Origin: an uncultured Gallionella sp.
GTDB taxonomy: Bacteria; Pseudomonadota; Gammaproteobacteria; Burkholderiales; Gallionellaceae
Direction of reading: 5' to 3'
Assembly: GCA_964608835.1 (NCBI GenBank)
Contig: CAZSPN010000008.1
Location: 3,176 to 67,175, forward strand
Length of the DNA stretch: 64,000 bases
The notes below the pieces were generated by a model. The model was not told the DNA's origin. It ran no database searches and was given only the letters and a program-made list of their open reading frames with translations. Below, one piece after another: positions 36,383 to 46,886 of the stretch; position 1 is the first letter of the stretch, and each line of letters starts with the position of its first letter. Made by a program: the position numbers and the translations under genes.

Positions 36383-37720
36383 TCAATTGGCTGACCAGGC
36401 AAGTTTTTCAGAACGCATCAATATGGGTGAACTGCCCACATTTAATGTTTTGGCATGATCCAAGTCAACGTATAGACCTTTGATATTTTCATACCCAATC
36501 GTATGCCACTCCTCAGGCGGCTTCACATTAGTATCCCCAGACGTATTCCACAGTATTCGAGCTTTTTTATCGCCACGTGACAAAGTACATACCCACAATT
36601 TATTATCTTCCGACTTGCAACCATCTAACGTCGCCTTTCTTAGCCACCGCACGGTGGTGGTGTAGGCCAAACCCGCATCATTGATCGCCTCGCCTTTATT
36701 GCTGGTTAGAGACATCTTTGGAATATCCCACGAGTAATAATAATTTCGATCCAGCCCTGAAGCTGCGCCCAAAATTAAAGAACGCGATACCATCGCCGCA
36801 CCTTGCGTCATGTCGTAAGCGGGGGATTCTCCGGGCTCCAATTTTCTGGAAGGCGTTTTGGGGTCGAAAATATAGAACCCCGATTCGGTATTCCACAACG
36901 GCATATTTTCCAGACCGTAACGCTTCATCACCTTGCGTGTCTCTGCAACGAGAAAAGGAATCTCTTCAGCGGTATCGGTGTAGTAATGAAACCCGACGAC
37001 ATCGATATATTTTCCTCCTCCCGCTTTAAGAAACTCGTCCACACGCCGAATCCCAAACACATTACCCGAAGGCGACATGGAAACAATCTTGGCATCAAAA
37101 TCAACCTGTCCGATTTCTTTTTTTGCGATGCGTGCCATTTCCACCATTTTTGCCACTGGGAAATAACGTTTATCCGCGACCCCGTGGTCGATCTCCGTAA
37201 AGAGGGGTTCGTTCATCAGCTCATAGTATTTAATGCGCCCCTTGTAGCGAAATGCGACAGTACGCACATAATTTTCCCAATCCGCCATGTCTCTGGGACA
37301 TTGTGCTACACCCATATTTTTTATCGCCATTTCCGGGTCAAGTGCTGCCCACGGTGGCGGATAACCCAATGTCAGCAATACTTCCGTGCCGTGCATTTCT
37401 GCTCTGGCAATGGCTTGGTCTAGCTTTTCAAAATGCCATTCACCTTTGCGTGGCTCAAGTCCCTCCCATGCGGTTTCTACCGTGATAACCCGCCATGAAT
37501 AAACTGGCGTATAGGGCCAAGGGGTTGTTGATGCCCCCCAGCGAATATGCATCCCGAAAAAATCGTTATTGACTTGTCTGGGCTGGGCAAGATTTTGCGC
37601 AGCCAGTTTTTCCGAACCCTCCGAAATACGAAAGGAAAAGGCAAAAATCATCAGGATGATTGATCCCATAATAAGGATTTTTGAAGCCAGCCCATGAAAG
37701 AATCTGCCCCGCGGATTCAC
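36383..37720 (-). CDS. Clan GH-A glycoside hydrolase (GH5/GH39-like), membrane-anchored/secreted
   Basis: 445 aa. N-terminal TM helix (ILIMGSIILMIFAF). Acid/base context YYELMNEP and nucleophile context LWNTESGF, about 110 aa apart. Confidence 0.65.
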   Translation of the reverse strand: MNPRGRFFHGLASKILIMGSIILMIFAFSFRISEGSEKLAAQNLAQPRQVNNDFFGMHIRWGASTTPWPYTPVYSWRVITVETAWEGLEPRKGEWHFEKLDQAIARAEMHGTEVLLTLGYPPPWAALDPEMAIKNMGVAQCPRDMADWENYVRTVAFRYKGRIKYYELMNEPLFTEIDHGVADKRYFPVAKMVEMARIAKKEIGQVDFDAKIVSMSPSGNVFGIRRVDEFLKAGGGKYIDVVGFHYYTDTAEEIPFLVAETRKVMKRYGLENMPLWNTESGFYIFDPKTPSRKLEPGESPAYDMTQGAAMVSRSLILGAASGLDRNYYYSWDIPKMSLTSNKGEAINDAGLAYTTTVRWLRKATLDGCKSEDNKLWVCTLSRGDKKARILWNTSGDTNVKPPEEWHTIGYENIKGLYVDLDHAKTLNVGSSPILMRSEKLAWSAN

Positions 37721-38583
37721 AGTGTTTTATCACCAAACAGCCGGGGCGACAGGGCTCTTAAATAAGGACGCATCCAATGCAATAATTTGAGTGGCCCTCC
37801 ATAACGCCAGCAAAATATCCACCATTCTTTTAAGGGATACTTTTTGGGTTGTACAACGGATTTCAAACGCTCGGATAACTTGGAGGACTGAATATGTCGA
37901 TCCAGATTCCACCTACAAAAACCCACCGATCCGGGATTGACCCAAACTGAACAGCCCGCCTTGCGAGCCCTCAGACCATAATCAAAATCCCCGATTCCGT
38001 GAGTGAATATCGTATCCAAATTACCCACACGTTTTGCCACCTCTGCAGGAATCAGGGCACAGTTGCCATTCAATGTGCCGCACTCAACTGGCTCGCTATC
38101 GGCCACGACAAGGTCAAAGTAAAAGGGGCGTAGCCACCCCCGTGAACTTCTGCCCGAATAAGTCGGCAACCCACTCTCGGCATCCACAGTTGTGCCAACA
38201 ACAATTGCGGGCTTTTCGTGCCAGCCTTGCAATAATCCAGAGGTACGCAACATCGCTTCAAGTGCATGTGGCAACAACTGCGTATCGTCATTTAACCAGA
38301 GGTAATAATCATAGTGATGCTTAAGTGCCTCACCAAAGGCGAGTCTCATTCCGCCACTCCAAAAAAGGCTGCCATCGCCACGCAGTATCGTGACTTCTGG
38401 GTAGGCTGATTTCACCACTTCCGCAGTTCCATCCCGGCTGCCATCATCGGTCAAATAGACCTCTATGGAAGCGTCTGGCGGGAGTGTCGCTGCAAACAAT
38501 GCCTGAAAGCATGACAGCGTCATTTCCCGCCGATTATGCACGGTGAGCAAGACGGCTAACCTCATATCAGCCGCGTAAAACAC
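37717..38583 (-). CDS. Glycosyltransferase family 2
   Basis: 288 aa. LAVLLTVHNRREMTLSCFQAL...YLTDDGSRDGT (GT-A, DxD-type region). 4-nt overlap with the downstream hydrolase gene. Confidence 0.8.
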   Translation of the reverse strand: MFYAADMRLAVLLTVHNRREMTLSCFQALFAATLPPDASIEVYLTDDGSRDGTAEVVKSAYPEVTILRGDGSLFWSGGMRLAFGEALKHHYDYYLWLNDDTQLLPHALEAMLRTSGLLQGWHEKPAIVVGTTVDAESGLPTYSGRSSRGWLRPFYFDLVVADSEPVECGTLNGNCALIPAEVAKRVGNLDTIFTHGIGDFDYGLRARKAGCSVWVNPGSVGFCRWNLDRHIQSSKLSERLKSVVQPKKYPLKEWWIFCWRYGGPLKLLHWMRPYLRALSPRLFGDKTL

Positions 38584-38893
38584 AAGATCATTTTTTATTT
38601 CCAGAGTCGGGCATTGAAAACGACGAGAATCGCGCTACTCTAGCAAGGTGGCGTGACAGAAATGTGACCATTCTTCAATGCCCAATATTTCATTGATGAG
38701 GTTGAACAGCGCGCAAACTTGCGTGTGCTGCGTCGAAGGTATTGTATGCGCATGGGATTTTGAACCCAGCCAGACGGATGCCTTGCATTTGTTTTTGATA
38801 CTCAAGGATTTGAAAAAATTACTCGGAGCAAAATAAGATGAGCAAAAAATTTAGCTCGTCGAAATGTGAATGGATTAGCAGCCTTCGGCAGAC

Positions 38894-40243
38894 TCATACT
38901 GGTCGCCCAACACTATTTGAAGAATAATTCGCAATTTTAGCTTTGCGGTTAGCCATTGATGTACTCAGCGTCAGTGCCAAGCCAATGAGAACAAATTGAA
39001 TTTCTGGTGCTTGATAAGTCATATAAAACAACATTTGACCGATAAGTAAAACCGCCAGCAAGCGGGGCTCAACCACCCCTCCATCAAACGTCTTTTCTGC
39101 CATGAATTTCCGAATAGCAATGAGATAAACCAACAACATTGCAAGCAGGCCAATGCTGCCGCCCCGTAGTATCGTCAATACATAGTAATTATGAGGATTA
39201 ACATTCACTTTGGCGTCGTTCTGCGCTTTTACATATCGCTCATAGCCAGAGCCAAATGGTTTGCCGACAAGTAACGCCAAAGGTCCATCATGCGCCCAGC
39301 CATTAAGCAATTCGAATGCACTTTGCATACGCCACATAAAGGTGCTTTTTTCCGAACCCGCTTCTTCAACGGAATGCTCTAGTGAATTTGAAATCACATC
39401 CAATTTCCCAGTGGTAATGAGCGGACCTAACAAAACTGCACTAACCATTGCACCAATCAAAAACTGCTTCTTAATTCTTTTGCGGTTCTCTGGCATCCAT
39501 ATATAAATTAAAGCCAGAGATATCAATGTAACGACCCACACTGATCGATGTTGTAGCACTAAGACGCAGCAAAGCATAATCGGCAGCATCCATGCCCACC
39601 ACTTGGAGCCGGAATTTCCCAATCTCAAATAATAGGCAATGACAACTGATTGCGCCAAAAACAATGTTTGCGATGCGGGAACCACGCGTAAAGATGCCCC
39701 CCCCTCATTCCATGAACTCACCCAGCTGAGTCCAATGCCCATCGCGATCCAGCGAAAACATACCAGTGGAACCATTATCGCAGCGATCAACACCCAAGTA
39801 CGAAAAATATCATCCACTTGTTTACGGTTAAGCTGGAAAGTCATTAGATACGTCGCTCCTGCCCAAAAAGCGAAAAATTGGCGGAATTCAACACCTGCGG
39901 TTGACTTAAATTTGAGCAATCCCACAACAAATAATCCAAACAATATCGCACCCAACAATAGCCAAAGCCAATGTGAAGTTTGATATTTTTTGATTTTGAA
40001 TAGCCTGAATAGCCCGATCATGGCAAACATCGAGTAAAGCAAGTCAGGCGCAAAAATGGTTATCCCTATTGGGAATGCGGGCAAGGGGAAAAAAGAATCA
40101 ACCAAGAATAACCAAAATGCCAGCTTCACACCCATCACGGGATCGTAACTACAACGCCAATAAAAGTAGCTTGCACCTATTGGAACTAGCACCGCAATCA
40201 AAAACGGGAACACCAGTATCATCAATGTCAATAAATCAGGCAC
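38894..40243 (-). CDS. Wzy-type polymerase / O-antigen-ligase-like membrane protein
   Basis: 449 aa, >=10 TM segments with a large loop containing NPHNYYVLTILRGGSIGLL (Wzy_C-like H-N...G..G context). Confidence 0.65.
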   Translation of the reverse strand: MPDLLTLMILVFPFLIAVLVPIGASYFYWRCSYDPVMGVKLAFWLFLVDSFFPLPAFPIGITIFAPDLLYSMFAMIGLFRLFKIKKYQTSHWLWLLLGAILFGLFVVGLLKFKSTAGVEFRQFFAFWAGATYLMTFQLNRKQVDDIFRTWVLIAAIMVPLVCFRWIAMGIGLSWVSSWNEGGASLRVVPASQTLFLAQSVVIAYYLRLGNSGSKWWAWMLPIMLCCVLVLQHRSVWVVTLISLALIYIWMPENRKRIKKQFLIGAMVSAVLLGPLITTGKLDVISNSLEHSVEEAGSEKSTFMWRMQSAFELLNGWAHDGPLALLVGKPFGSGYERYVKAQNDAKVNVNPHNYYVLTILRGGSIGLLAMLLVYLIAIRKFMAEKTFDGGVVEPRLLAVLLIGQMLFYMTYQAPEIQFVLIGLALTLSTSMANRKAKIANYSSNSVGRPV

Positions 40244-41684
40244 TCAATGCCTCTCTACTATCGGCTGACTTACCTACAACAGTATTCATAATTTTCTTGC
40301 TATTGGCGTTTGCCACCATACTCATCAGCAATACGAATAAAATAAAATGCGCATAAAATGTTATATCCAGAACCCCATTTCTAAATGGGGTTTCTGAAAT
40401 TGAACGTGTTAAAAAAACCACCACCAAAGCAAGTGACACTCCTCGCGTAGTCGAGAAATATTGCACGCCCAACTTAACGAGTGTGAAAACATAAATCGCC
40501 AGACCTATAACGCCCAGTATGCCAGACGCTCCCAACGTTTGAAGAAATTGGTTGTGCGCCATGCCTACAATATAGCGAAATTGTGGCGCGTATTGCAGCC
40601 GGTATTCCACATCCCACAATCTTGGACCATACCCAAAAATCGGATTTTCTTGCCAAGAGCGCAGCGTAATTTCCCAAATATTCGTTCTGCCAGTTAAAGA
40701 AATCAGGCTGTTATAAGTTTGTGTATCTAACCCGCTTAACCATTTTTCAACACCCATTCCGATCAACCAGATAAGTCCACCCATTCCGAGCAGTAGGATA
40801 AAGATCCCCATAATGATCGGCATTGCAGAATATCTAACACGAGCTGTCGTTAATATCGAAAATTTGTATACACAAAATATGCCGTATGCCAATACCATGC
40901 TGACCCAAGCTGTTTTAGACTGGGTGGCAATCAACACACCCATGCTAACCAACCAAGCCAGTTTTCGGTAAAGTGTACTGCGGGTGTCGTCTGCCATGTC
41001 CAATACCAAATAAAGCAAAGCTGCTATACCCAAGCCATTTGAATGAGAAAAGATTCCATTCAAACGAAAATTAAATCCCGGAATTAAAGTCAGCGCATGA
41101 CCCGTTGACCATGTTGGTGCAAGCACACCAAACAATGCGCTCAGCGAAATACAAACCAACAAGACACGTTTGAATTGCTGGACATACCACGACCAATCTT
41201 CAGCCGGACGTGCAAAATAAACCAAGGTGAAAATTAGCGGCTCATACAACATAAAGTGATTAAAGCTTGGTCGCGTACCCGCCACCATACTGATAAATGA
41301 GGGGGCAATCAGTAACAGATATGCAAAAAACAGCCCGCTGCCCGCCCTGATTTCAATTTGCTTACTGTGCAATTTCTTGACTATCAATATCAATCCATAG
41401 CCAAGAACGAGATAGATCAAACCCCTCGCACCCCACCCACCCAAAAAGCGGATAATTTTCGGGGGAATCCATACATCTCTCAGTACGCCGTTAACAAACT
41501 CTCCGCGAGCGATTGTCAAATCTGACAGTACTGGGATTATTCCCAATATCCCAATCAGCCCACCCCAGAATATTTTTTGATCGCGGTGACCCGTTATGCG
41601 GAACAAACCCCAAAGCATAAAGGTGAAAACCAATGGGATAAGTACGGCAGCGATAAAATAGGCCGGTGTTATCAAATACCTCAT
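40236..41684 (-). CDS. O-antigen-ligase-like (Wzy_C) membrane protein, second copy
   Basis: 482 aa, polytopic. GMAHNQFLQTLGASGILGVIGL motif. 8-nt overlap with the downstream Wzy-like gene. Confidence 0.65.
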   Translation of the reverse strand: MRYLITPAYFIAAVLIPLVFTFMLWGLFRITGHRDQKIFWGGLIGILGIIPVLSDLTIARGEFVNGVLRDVWIPPKIIRFLGGWGARGLIYLVLGYGLILIVKKLHSKQIEIRAGSGLFFAYLLLIAPSFISMVAGTRPSFNHFMLYEPLIFTLVYFARPAEDWSWYVQQFKRVLLVCISLSALFGVLAPTWSTGHALTLIPGFNFRLNGIFSHSNGLGIAALLYLVLDMADDTRSTLYRKLAWLVSMGVLIATQSKTAWVSMVLAYGIFCVYKFSILTTARVRYSAMPIIMGIFILLLGMGGLIWLIGMGVEKWLSGLDTQTYNSLISLTGRTNIWEITLRSWQENPIFGYGPRLWDVEYRLQYAPQFRYIVGMAHNQFLQTLGASGILGVIGLAIYVFTLVKLGVQYFSTTRGVSLALVVVFLTRSISETPFRNGVLDITFYAHFILFVLLMSMVANANSKKIMNTVVGKSADSREALSA

Positions 41685-42283
41685 TATGAAGTCTCGATTT
41701 TTTTTACAACCCGCGACGGATTGCCCGCCACCACCACATTCTCCGGCACGTTTTTAGTGACCACCGAACCCGCGCCAACTATGCTGTTTTTGCCTATGGA
41801 AACACCCTTTAGGATGATGGATCCCGCTCCGACAAAAACATTGTCTGCAATACTTATTGGCAATGCGGCAATATCATCCGGGTTAGTGTTATTTCTTCTG
41901 CCTTGTGCCCTGATTGCATGAAAGTCGGTATCCACAATTGTCACATCCGCGCCAAATAAGCATTCTGCTCCAATGATCACTTCAACCGCCGCGCAAATCA
42001 CTGTGCCGCTCAAACCGGAATTTTTACCGATGGAGATACGTGCCCCCGGACGCAAAGTACGCAAAATAACAGGTCTTGAAACACCCAAATCGGTTGAATA
42101 ACTCTCCGAACACAACACCACTTTTTCACCCAGCTCAATCGCGGATTCTTTAGCCATAGTCACAATAGGCAAGCCATTCAGACCAACCCCTATACCCAAC
42201 TTCACCCCTTTTCGACGCAGTGCGGCTTTACCAAACATGTTGGTCACTCTATACCGCACAGTATGGAACGCTCGCATCAGCAT
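41684..42283 (-). CDS. Hexapeptide-repeat (LbH) acetyltransferase
   Basis: 199 aa. IGKNSGLSGTVICAAVEVIIGAECLFGADVTIVDTDFH and IADNVFVGAGSIILKGVSIGKNSIVGAGSVVTKNVPENVVVAGNPSRVV. Confidence 0.8.
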   Translation of the reverse strand: MLMRAFHTVRYRVTNMFGKAALRRKGVKLGIGVGLNGLPIVTMAKESAIELGEKVVLCSESYSTDLGVSRPVILRTLRPGARISIGKNSGLSGTVICAAVEVIIGAECLFGADVTIVDTDFHAIRAQGRRNNTNPDDIAALPISIADNVFVGAGSIILKGVSIGKNSIVGAGSVVTKNVPENVVVAGNPSRVVKKIETS

Positions 42284-43512
42284 GTAACGCGTTCCTTTTC
42301 GATTGCAGCTTGATAAATTGCAAGGTAGGCGGCAGCAACTGCGCCGACCGTAAACATTGACTCAACCCGCGCTCGTGCGGCTTGCGAATATCGCATGTAG
42401 TTATCCGGGGTCAGCACATGTTCAATCGCCTGATAAATAGCCTGTTCCTGGCTTACATCGCACAACACCCCTCCTTCACCAACCACCCAGGGTACAGCAC
42501 CACTGCACTCCCCAGCCACGATTGGCAAACCCATCGCCATTGCCTCGGCTATGGACATACCAAATGATTCTTCCAAGGATGGATGAAGCAGCAAGTCTGT
42601 ATTGGATACGGCTTCCAGCAATTGCCTATGAGGTACTGCTCCATGAAACACCATTCCATCAGCAATGCCTTGCTGTTTCGCCCAAGCTTCAGCCGTTTGT
42701 CCGATACCGAAATCACGTCCATATAGATGCAACTCGACTTCTGAATGGCTCGCTCTAAATCTGGCATACGCTTGCATGGCGGGTTGAGGATTTTTGAGTG
42801 CCTGCCAACCATTGCACACCATGGCGAAACGCGGTGATGCCGGGGCAGTACGTACTTTCCCCAAGGTCAACGCGAAAGCATCTACGGGATTGGGTATCAC
42901 GGATATGGGCATACGAGTCATGCCCTGCACCTCATCTCGCATGTAGGGCGAAACTGCTGTTACCGAACGTGATTTAAGCAAAACCTTGCGCGCCATGACT
43001 GCCCGCAACCAGCGATACAAACTCTGCGTGGGTTTGGCTCGGCTATAAAATCTAGCCACTTTGTAGGGAGAATCATGGCAAGTTACTACGCAAGGCAAAC
43101 CTGTTTGCTGTGCGGCTAATGCAAACTCATATGTCCAATGCGCGTGTAGCACTTCTGGTGCTGTCTGAAGAATAGCCCTTTGCAATTGCTCACGTTCGAA
43201 GCCAAACAAATCGAGGATGCGACCAATACGTAATCCATTAAACCGCCATGCCCGTAAACGCATTGGGTAGTAGCTCAGTGAAAAATTATTGCCACGCACA
43301 ACCACCGCGCCGCCATCAAGCGGGATGTCGTCAGATAGCGTAAAGGCTGATACGCGATGTCCTTGCTTCAGCAGTTCGGCGATCAGAGTTGCCAACAACG
43401 GTGCACCTTCATATCCTACAGGCAGCGTTGTTACCTCGCCTTGAATAAGATGGCTGATGTCTGCGCTAGCGATGGGACCAACAATGCCAATATGCATTGG
43501 CTCATCCCCCAA
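42277..43512 (-). CDS. Glycosyltransferase family 4 (group 1)
   Basis: 411 aa; the likely start is Met6 (MHIGIVGP). HPSLEESFGMSIAEAMAMGLPIVAGECSGAVPWVV. Confidence 0.8.
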   Translation of the reverse strand: MGDEPMHIGIVGPIASADISHLIQGEVTTLPVGYEGAPLLATLIAELLKQGHRVSAFTLSDDIPLDGGAVVVRGNNFSLSYYPMRLRAWRFNGLRIGRILDLFGFEREQLQRAILQTAPEVLHAHWTYEFALAAQQTGLPCVVTCHDSPYKVARFYSRAKPTQSLYRWLRAVMARKVLLKSRSVTAVSPYMRDEVQGMTRMPISVIPNPVDAFALTLGKVRTAPASPRFAMVCNGWQALKNPQPAMQAYARFRASHSEVELHLYGRDFGIGQTAEAWAKQQGIADGMVFHGAVPHRQLLEAVSNTDLLLHPSLEESFGMSIAEAMAMGLPIVAGECSGAVPWVVGEGGVLCDVSQEQAIYQAIEHVLTPDNYMRYSQAARARVESMFTVGAVAAAYLAIYQAAIEKERVTC

Positions 43513-44584
43513 CTTTTCGGATGGGTACTACGCCGTATTGCACGAGGTCTGCCTCAATTCGCAAATGCTCCCTACGCGCTACTAGACTTTGCAAAAAACC
43601 TTCCGGAACAACGCCATCAAGTCCAATTGGTAAGCCGCGCCCAGTATTGCTGTCACCCAGCGAAATATGGTTCAACAAAGCTCTTTGAGTCGCACTATTT
43701 TCTTTTTGTTGTTCTGGCTCATGCCCCCATATCGAGTAATGGCCAGAATCATGATGCTGTAAATTCGGCTCAAACCAGAGATAAGGTGCATCCGACAAAA
43801 ATGCCGCCCAAGCACTGTATGACGAGACCGAGCAAACCAATAAATCAGCCTTTGCAAGCGCAATCAAGTCGGAGCAGTCGGAATCTGGAATGTCTGTCGT
43901 AGTCACTGCGGGGATAACATCAAGCAAAGGTTTTAACTGTTCAGATGATCCATCAGAAACAACAAGGAACTGCACTTCGTCGCCCAGAATAGTTGTTATG
44001 GACTTGGCAATGTTTATGTACCAAAACAAAGGGAGTGCCAAATTGAAACGCCCGTGATAATCCGAAAAATCACGTGGTGCTGCACCAAAATCGCCAAGCC
44101 GAACATGCATACCGACTACAAGTTTATTTGAGTGCAGACTTTGTTTGATGCGCAGTAAGTTCCGCGCAGCAAATCGGCTTTGATATAACGTTGAAAATAC
44201 GAAATCCCGTGCGTCCGCTATATGCCGATAACCTCCCCACATACCCTCAGTAACGAGCAAATAGCATGATCGATCATGGAGTCGCTCAACATCGGCGAAG
44301 TTGCGAAAAGCATCCACGAAATTACCTCCTCCATGGCGAAGATAATCAACCTCTTTGAACTCAACTACTGGAAGCAAATGCTCCAGTGCCTGATGCAAAA
44401 ACCAGTCGTAGCGTGGCGTGCCAAAGTGCCGCCAATATCGACGTTTGTTTAATCCGAATGCTGGCTTCAAAGCGTACGCACCCACAACTTGAGCTGCAAG
44501 AAAAGCGCGTGCCCAAGAAGTCAATTCATTGCCAAGTCCGACACCACGCGCTCTAACACGTGGAATACTTAAACGTAACTTCAC
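43502..44584 (-). CDS. GT11-like glycosyltransferase (putative alpha-1,2-fucosyltransferase)
   Basis: 360 aa. Three motifs resemble GT11: GVGLGNELTSWA (cf. GGLGNQ), GMHVRLGDF (cf. HxRRGDY) and CSVSSYSAWAAFLS (cf. SxFSWWAAWL). GDP-fucose genes lie 2.3 kb away. Confidence 0.5.
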   Translation of the reverse strand: MKLRLSIPRVRARGVGLGNELTSWARAFLAAQVVGAYALKPAFGLNKRRYWRHFGTPRYDWFLHQALEHLLPVVEFKEVDYLRHGGGNFVDAFRNFADVERLHDRSCYLLVTEGMWGGYRHIADARDFVFSTLYQSRFAARNLLRIKQSLHSNKLVVGMHVRLGDFGAAPRDFSDYHGRFNLALPLFWYINIAKSITTILGDEVQFLVVSDGSSEQLKPLLDVIPAVTTTDIPDSDCSDLIALAKADLLVCSVSSYSAWAAFLSDAPYLWFEPNLQHHDSGHYSIWGHEPEQQKENSATQRALLNHISLGDSNTGRGLPIGLDGVVPEGFLQSLVARREHLRIEADLVQYGVVPIRKVGG

Positions 44585-44611
44585 TTGAGCGCCTTATGTA
44601 AATTAGCCGAT

Positions 44612-45313
44612 TCAGACTCTACAAAATAGTAAATTCAAGCCCAAATCCGATGCAATTCGATAGCCGTTGTTACATAAGTAGATAATAGACTCTTCATTCC
44701 TTTTTCCATCGGCAGTTAATGCCTCAAGGCAAATATAAACAGGCTTCCACTTTTCTAAATTTATAGATTTAAGGGCTGACAGCTCATGCCCCTCTATATC
44801 AACTGATAACAATGAGATTGGCGCAGCCAAACCCTTAGCTTCAAGTATAGAGTCGATAGTTTTGATCTTCGTTTGCACCTTTCTCCTAAATTTGTATCCG
44901 CTGCGTTGGTATTGATCGGACAGGTCTTTATCCAGTGTAGAAAGTACATCAGATTCAAACTCAAACAATGTCATCTCACCACTCTGCTCACCTATGCCAA
45001 CGCATTCAAATAAATCTTCTGGCCTCCATTTTTCATATAGATCTGTGAATCTAGGCAACGGATCAACACAAAGACCTCGCCAACCATTCAAATACAATAG
45101 ATAGGTATTGTTTATTTTGAATGGGTGATTGCACCCTATATCTACATAGCAACCCTTTGCGTTGCTCTCGTTAAGTAAGCGCATTATTTCAACATCCTCC
45201 CCATGCTGGGCGAAAGAACCATTTTTTAAGCAACTTCTATGTGAGATAACATCACGTACCGACTGAACCAGTTCGTAAAGCCAAGGAAATTTAAGTAATA
45301 GTGATTTGTACAA
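44612..45313 (-). CDS. FkbM-family methyltransferase
   Basis: 233 aa. GCYVDIGCNHP SAM-binding context; size and layout fit FkbM-type sugar O-methyltransferases. Confidence 0.6.
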   Translation of the reverse strand: MYKSLLLKFPWLYELVQSVRDVISHRSCLKNGSFAQHGEDVEIMRLLNESNAKGCYVDIGCNHPFKINNTYLLYLNGWRGLCVDPLPRFTDLYEKWRPEDLFECVGIGEQSGEMTLFEFESDVLSTLDKDLSDQYQRSGYKFRRKVQTKIKTIDSILEAKGLAAPISLLSVDIEGHELSALKSINLEKWKPVYICLEALTADGKRNEESIIYLCNNGYRIASDLGLNLLFCRV

Positions 45314-45374
45314 ACAACACCTCCTAGTATTTGTAGGGAGGCTTTATGCCAACCTTGTTCTCGATTACCCGGAT

Positions 45375-46886
45375 TCATGGCATTCCAGTTTTCAAAGCAA
45401 TCACACGACAAAAGAGTCTGGCAATTTTTGAGTCTGTCGATCTAGAAATCAGCAACCGAGCTAGATCATCTCCAATCAACAATCCCGGAAATAGATGCAA
45501 CGCACTCCAACAAACAACCGCAGGCAGCAGAAATTGAGCCAAATCGAGTCCATGCTGACTCATAAGCGTAACGGGTATAAATTCCCCACTAATAAACACT
45601 ACCAACGTTGCCAACAATGCCAAAACAATTCCGCCAAGTAATGCCCGCATGGTTTTTGAATGCGTAAGTTGAATACTTTTTGCCAGTGCCAGATAAACCA
45701 ACGAAAATCTAATGAAGTAAATGCAAGGAATAATCCATACAGCATTTTTCAACGGATAGTCCGCGAATGTCACAAATCCTATAACGAGTGCGATTGCGGA
45801 AAACATTTGTATCTTGAATTCAACTGCCACAGCACCTGTCGCCCACAAAGCAGGTCCAGTGACAGCAAGGAGTACATAGAAAGGCACGACAACGCAAAAT
45901 ACAGAGAAAAGTGGAATGGCTTCGTCCCACCGACTTCCATAAAGCAGATGGATCACAAATTCCGCCTTGAGTCCCAACAAAACAAACACGGGAAGAGTTA
46001 TTAAAGTAGTCAACGATATAAGTGCGGTATAACCACGACGCATCCTTTCCGAGTCGTTTTGCACTCTTGATGCAGATGAAAAAACAACAGACTGAACAGA
46101 GTTCACCATCAAAGATGTGGGTGACCGTGAGAGATTATTAGCTGCGGCGTACGCTCCCAACGATGCGATACCCCATTGCCTGCCGATAATGATTCGATCC
46201 AAATTTTCAATCGACCAATTCGCTAAATTTGTTCCCAATACATTCAAGCCGAAATTACGAAATTCAACATTTCCTTTCAGCAATGGCTTGAGCGTATGTC
46301 TAACAACTGAGTATGCAAATAATAAAACAAGCATTGCCTGCACCATGAACCCTATTACTAAACTCCACACCCCCGCGCCAAAGTGCGCCAAGGAAACGGC
46401 TACAACCCCGAACCCAACCAGATATCCAGACAACTGAATTATTTGGCAACGTTTTGCATCAAGATCACGCAACATCAAAGACACACTTATGTTTGAAAGT
46501 GCTTGTAAAACAATAATAGGGCCGCACACTGCGATTGGTAAAGCCAAGCTGGCATCACCCAAGAACCCTGCTAATTGGGGTGCAAACAAAATCACCAACA
46601 TCCCAATAACAAATGACAAAGTGAGTACCCATCCGAATGCATAACTTACGTCATCATTTGTGATTTTGTCTTTTTGAATGAGCGCAGCTCCGAAACCACT
46701 ATCTGCCAGAAGCCAGCCAAATCCAACGACAACTAGAACTGCCGTATATTTCCCGAAAATTTCTGGACCCAATGTTCGTGCGAGCCACACTTGGATTGCC
46801 AGTTGCGAGAAAATTTTCCCGATTCCACCAAAGTAGTTCCAGAGTACCGCTTGGAAACTCCGATTTGCCAAATCGTCCTTCATCAA
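45375..46886 (-). CDS. Wzx-type flippase (MOP/polysaccharide biosynthesis protein family)
   Basis: 503 aa, ~12-14 TM segments. N-terminal VLWNYFGGIGKIFSQLAIQVWLARTLGPEIFG is typical of polysaccharide-transport MOP proteins. Confidence 0.7.
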   Translation of the reverse strand: MMKDDLANRSFQAVLWNYFGGIGKIFSQLAIQVWLARTLGPEIFGKYTAVLVVVGFGWLLADSGFGAALIQKDKITNDDVSYAFGWVLTLSFVIGMLVILFAPQLAGFLGDASLALPIAVCGPIIVLQALSNISVSLMLRDLDAKRCQIIQLSGYLVGFGVVAVSLAHFGAGVWSLVIGFMVQAMLVLLFAYSVVRHTLKPLLKGNVEFRNFGLNVLGTNLANWSIENLDRIIIGRQWGIASLGAYAAANNLSRSPTSLMVNSVQSVVFSSASRVQNDSERMRRGYTALISLTTLITLPVFVLLGLKAEFVIHLLYGSRWDEAIPLFSVFCVVVPFYVLLAVTGPALWATGAVAVEFKIQMFSAIALVIGFVTFADYPLKNAVWIIPCIYFIRFSLVYLALAKSIQLTHSKTMRALLGGIVLALLATLVVFISGEFIPVTLMSQHGLDLAQFLLPAVVCWSALHLFPGLLIGDDLARLLISRSTDSKIARLFCRVIALKTGMP

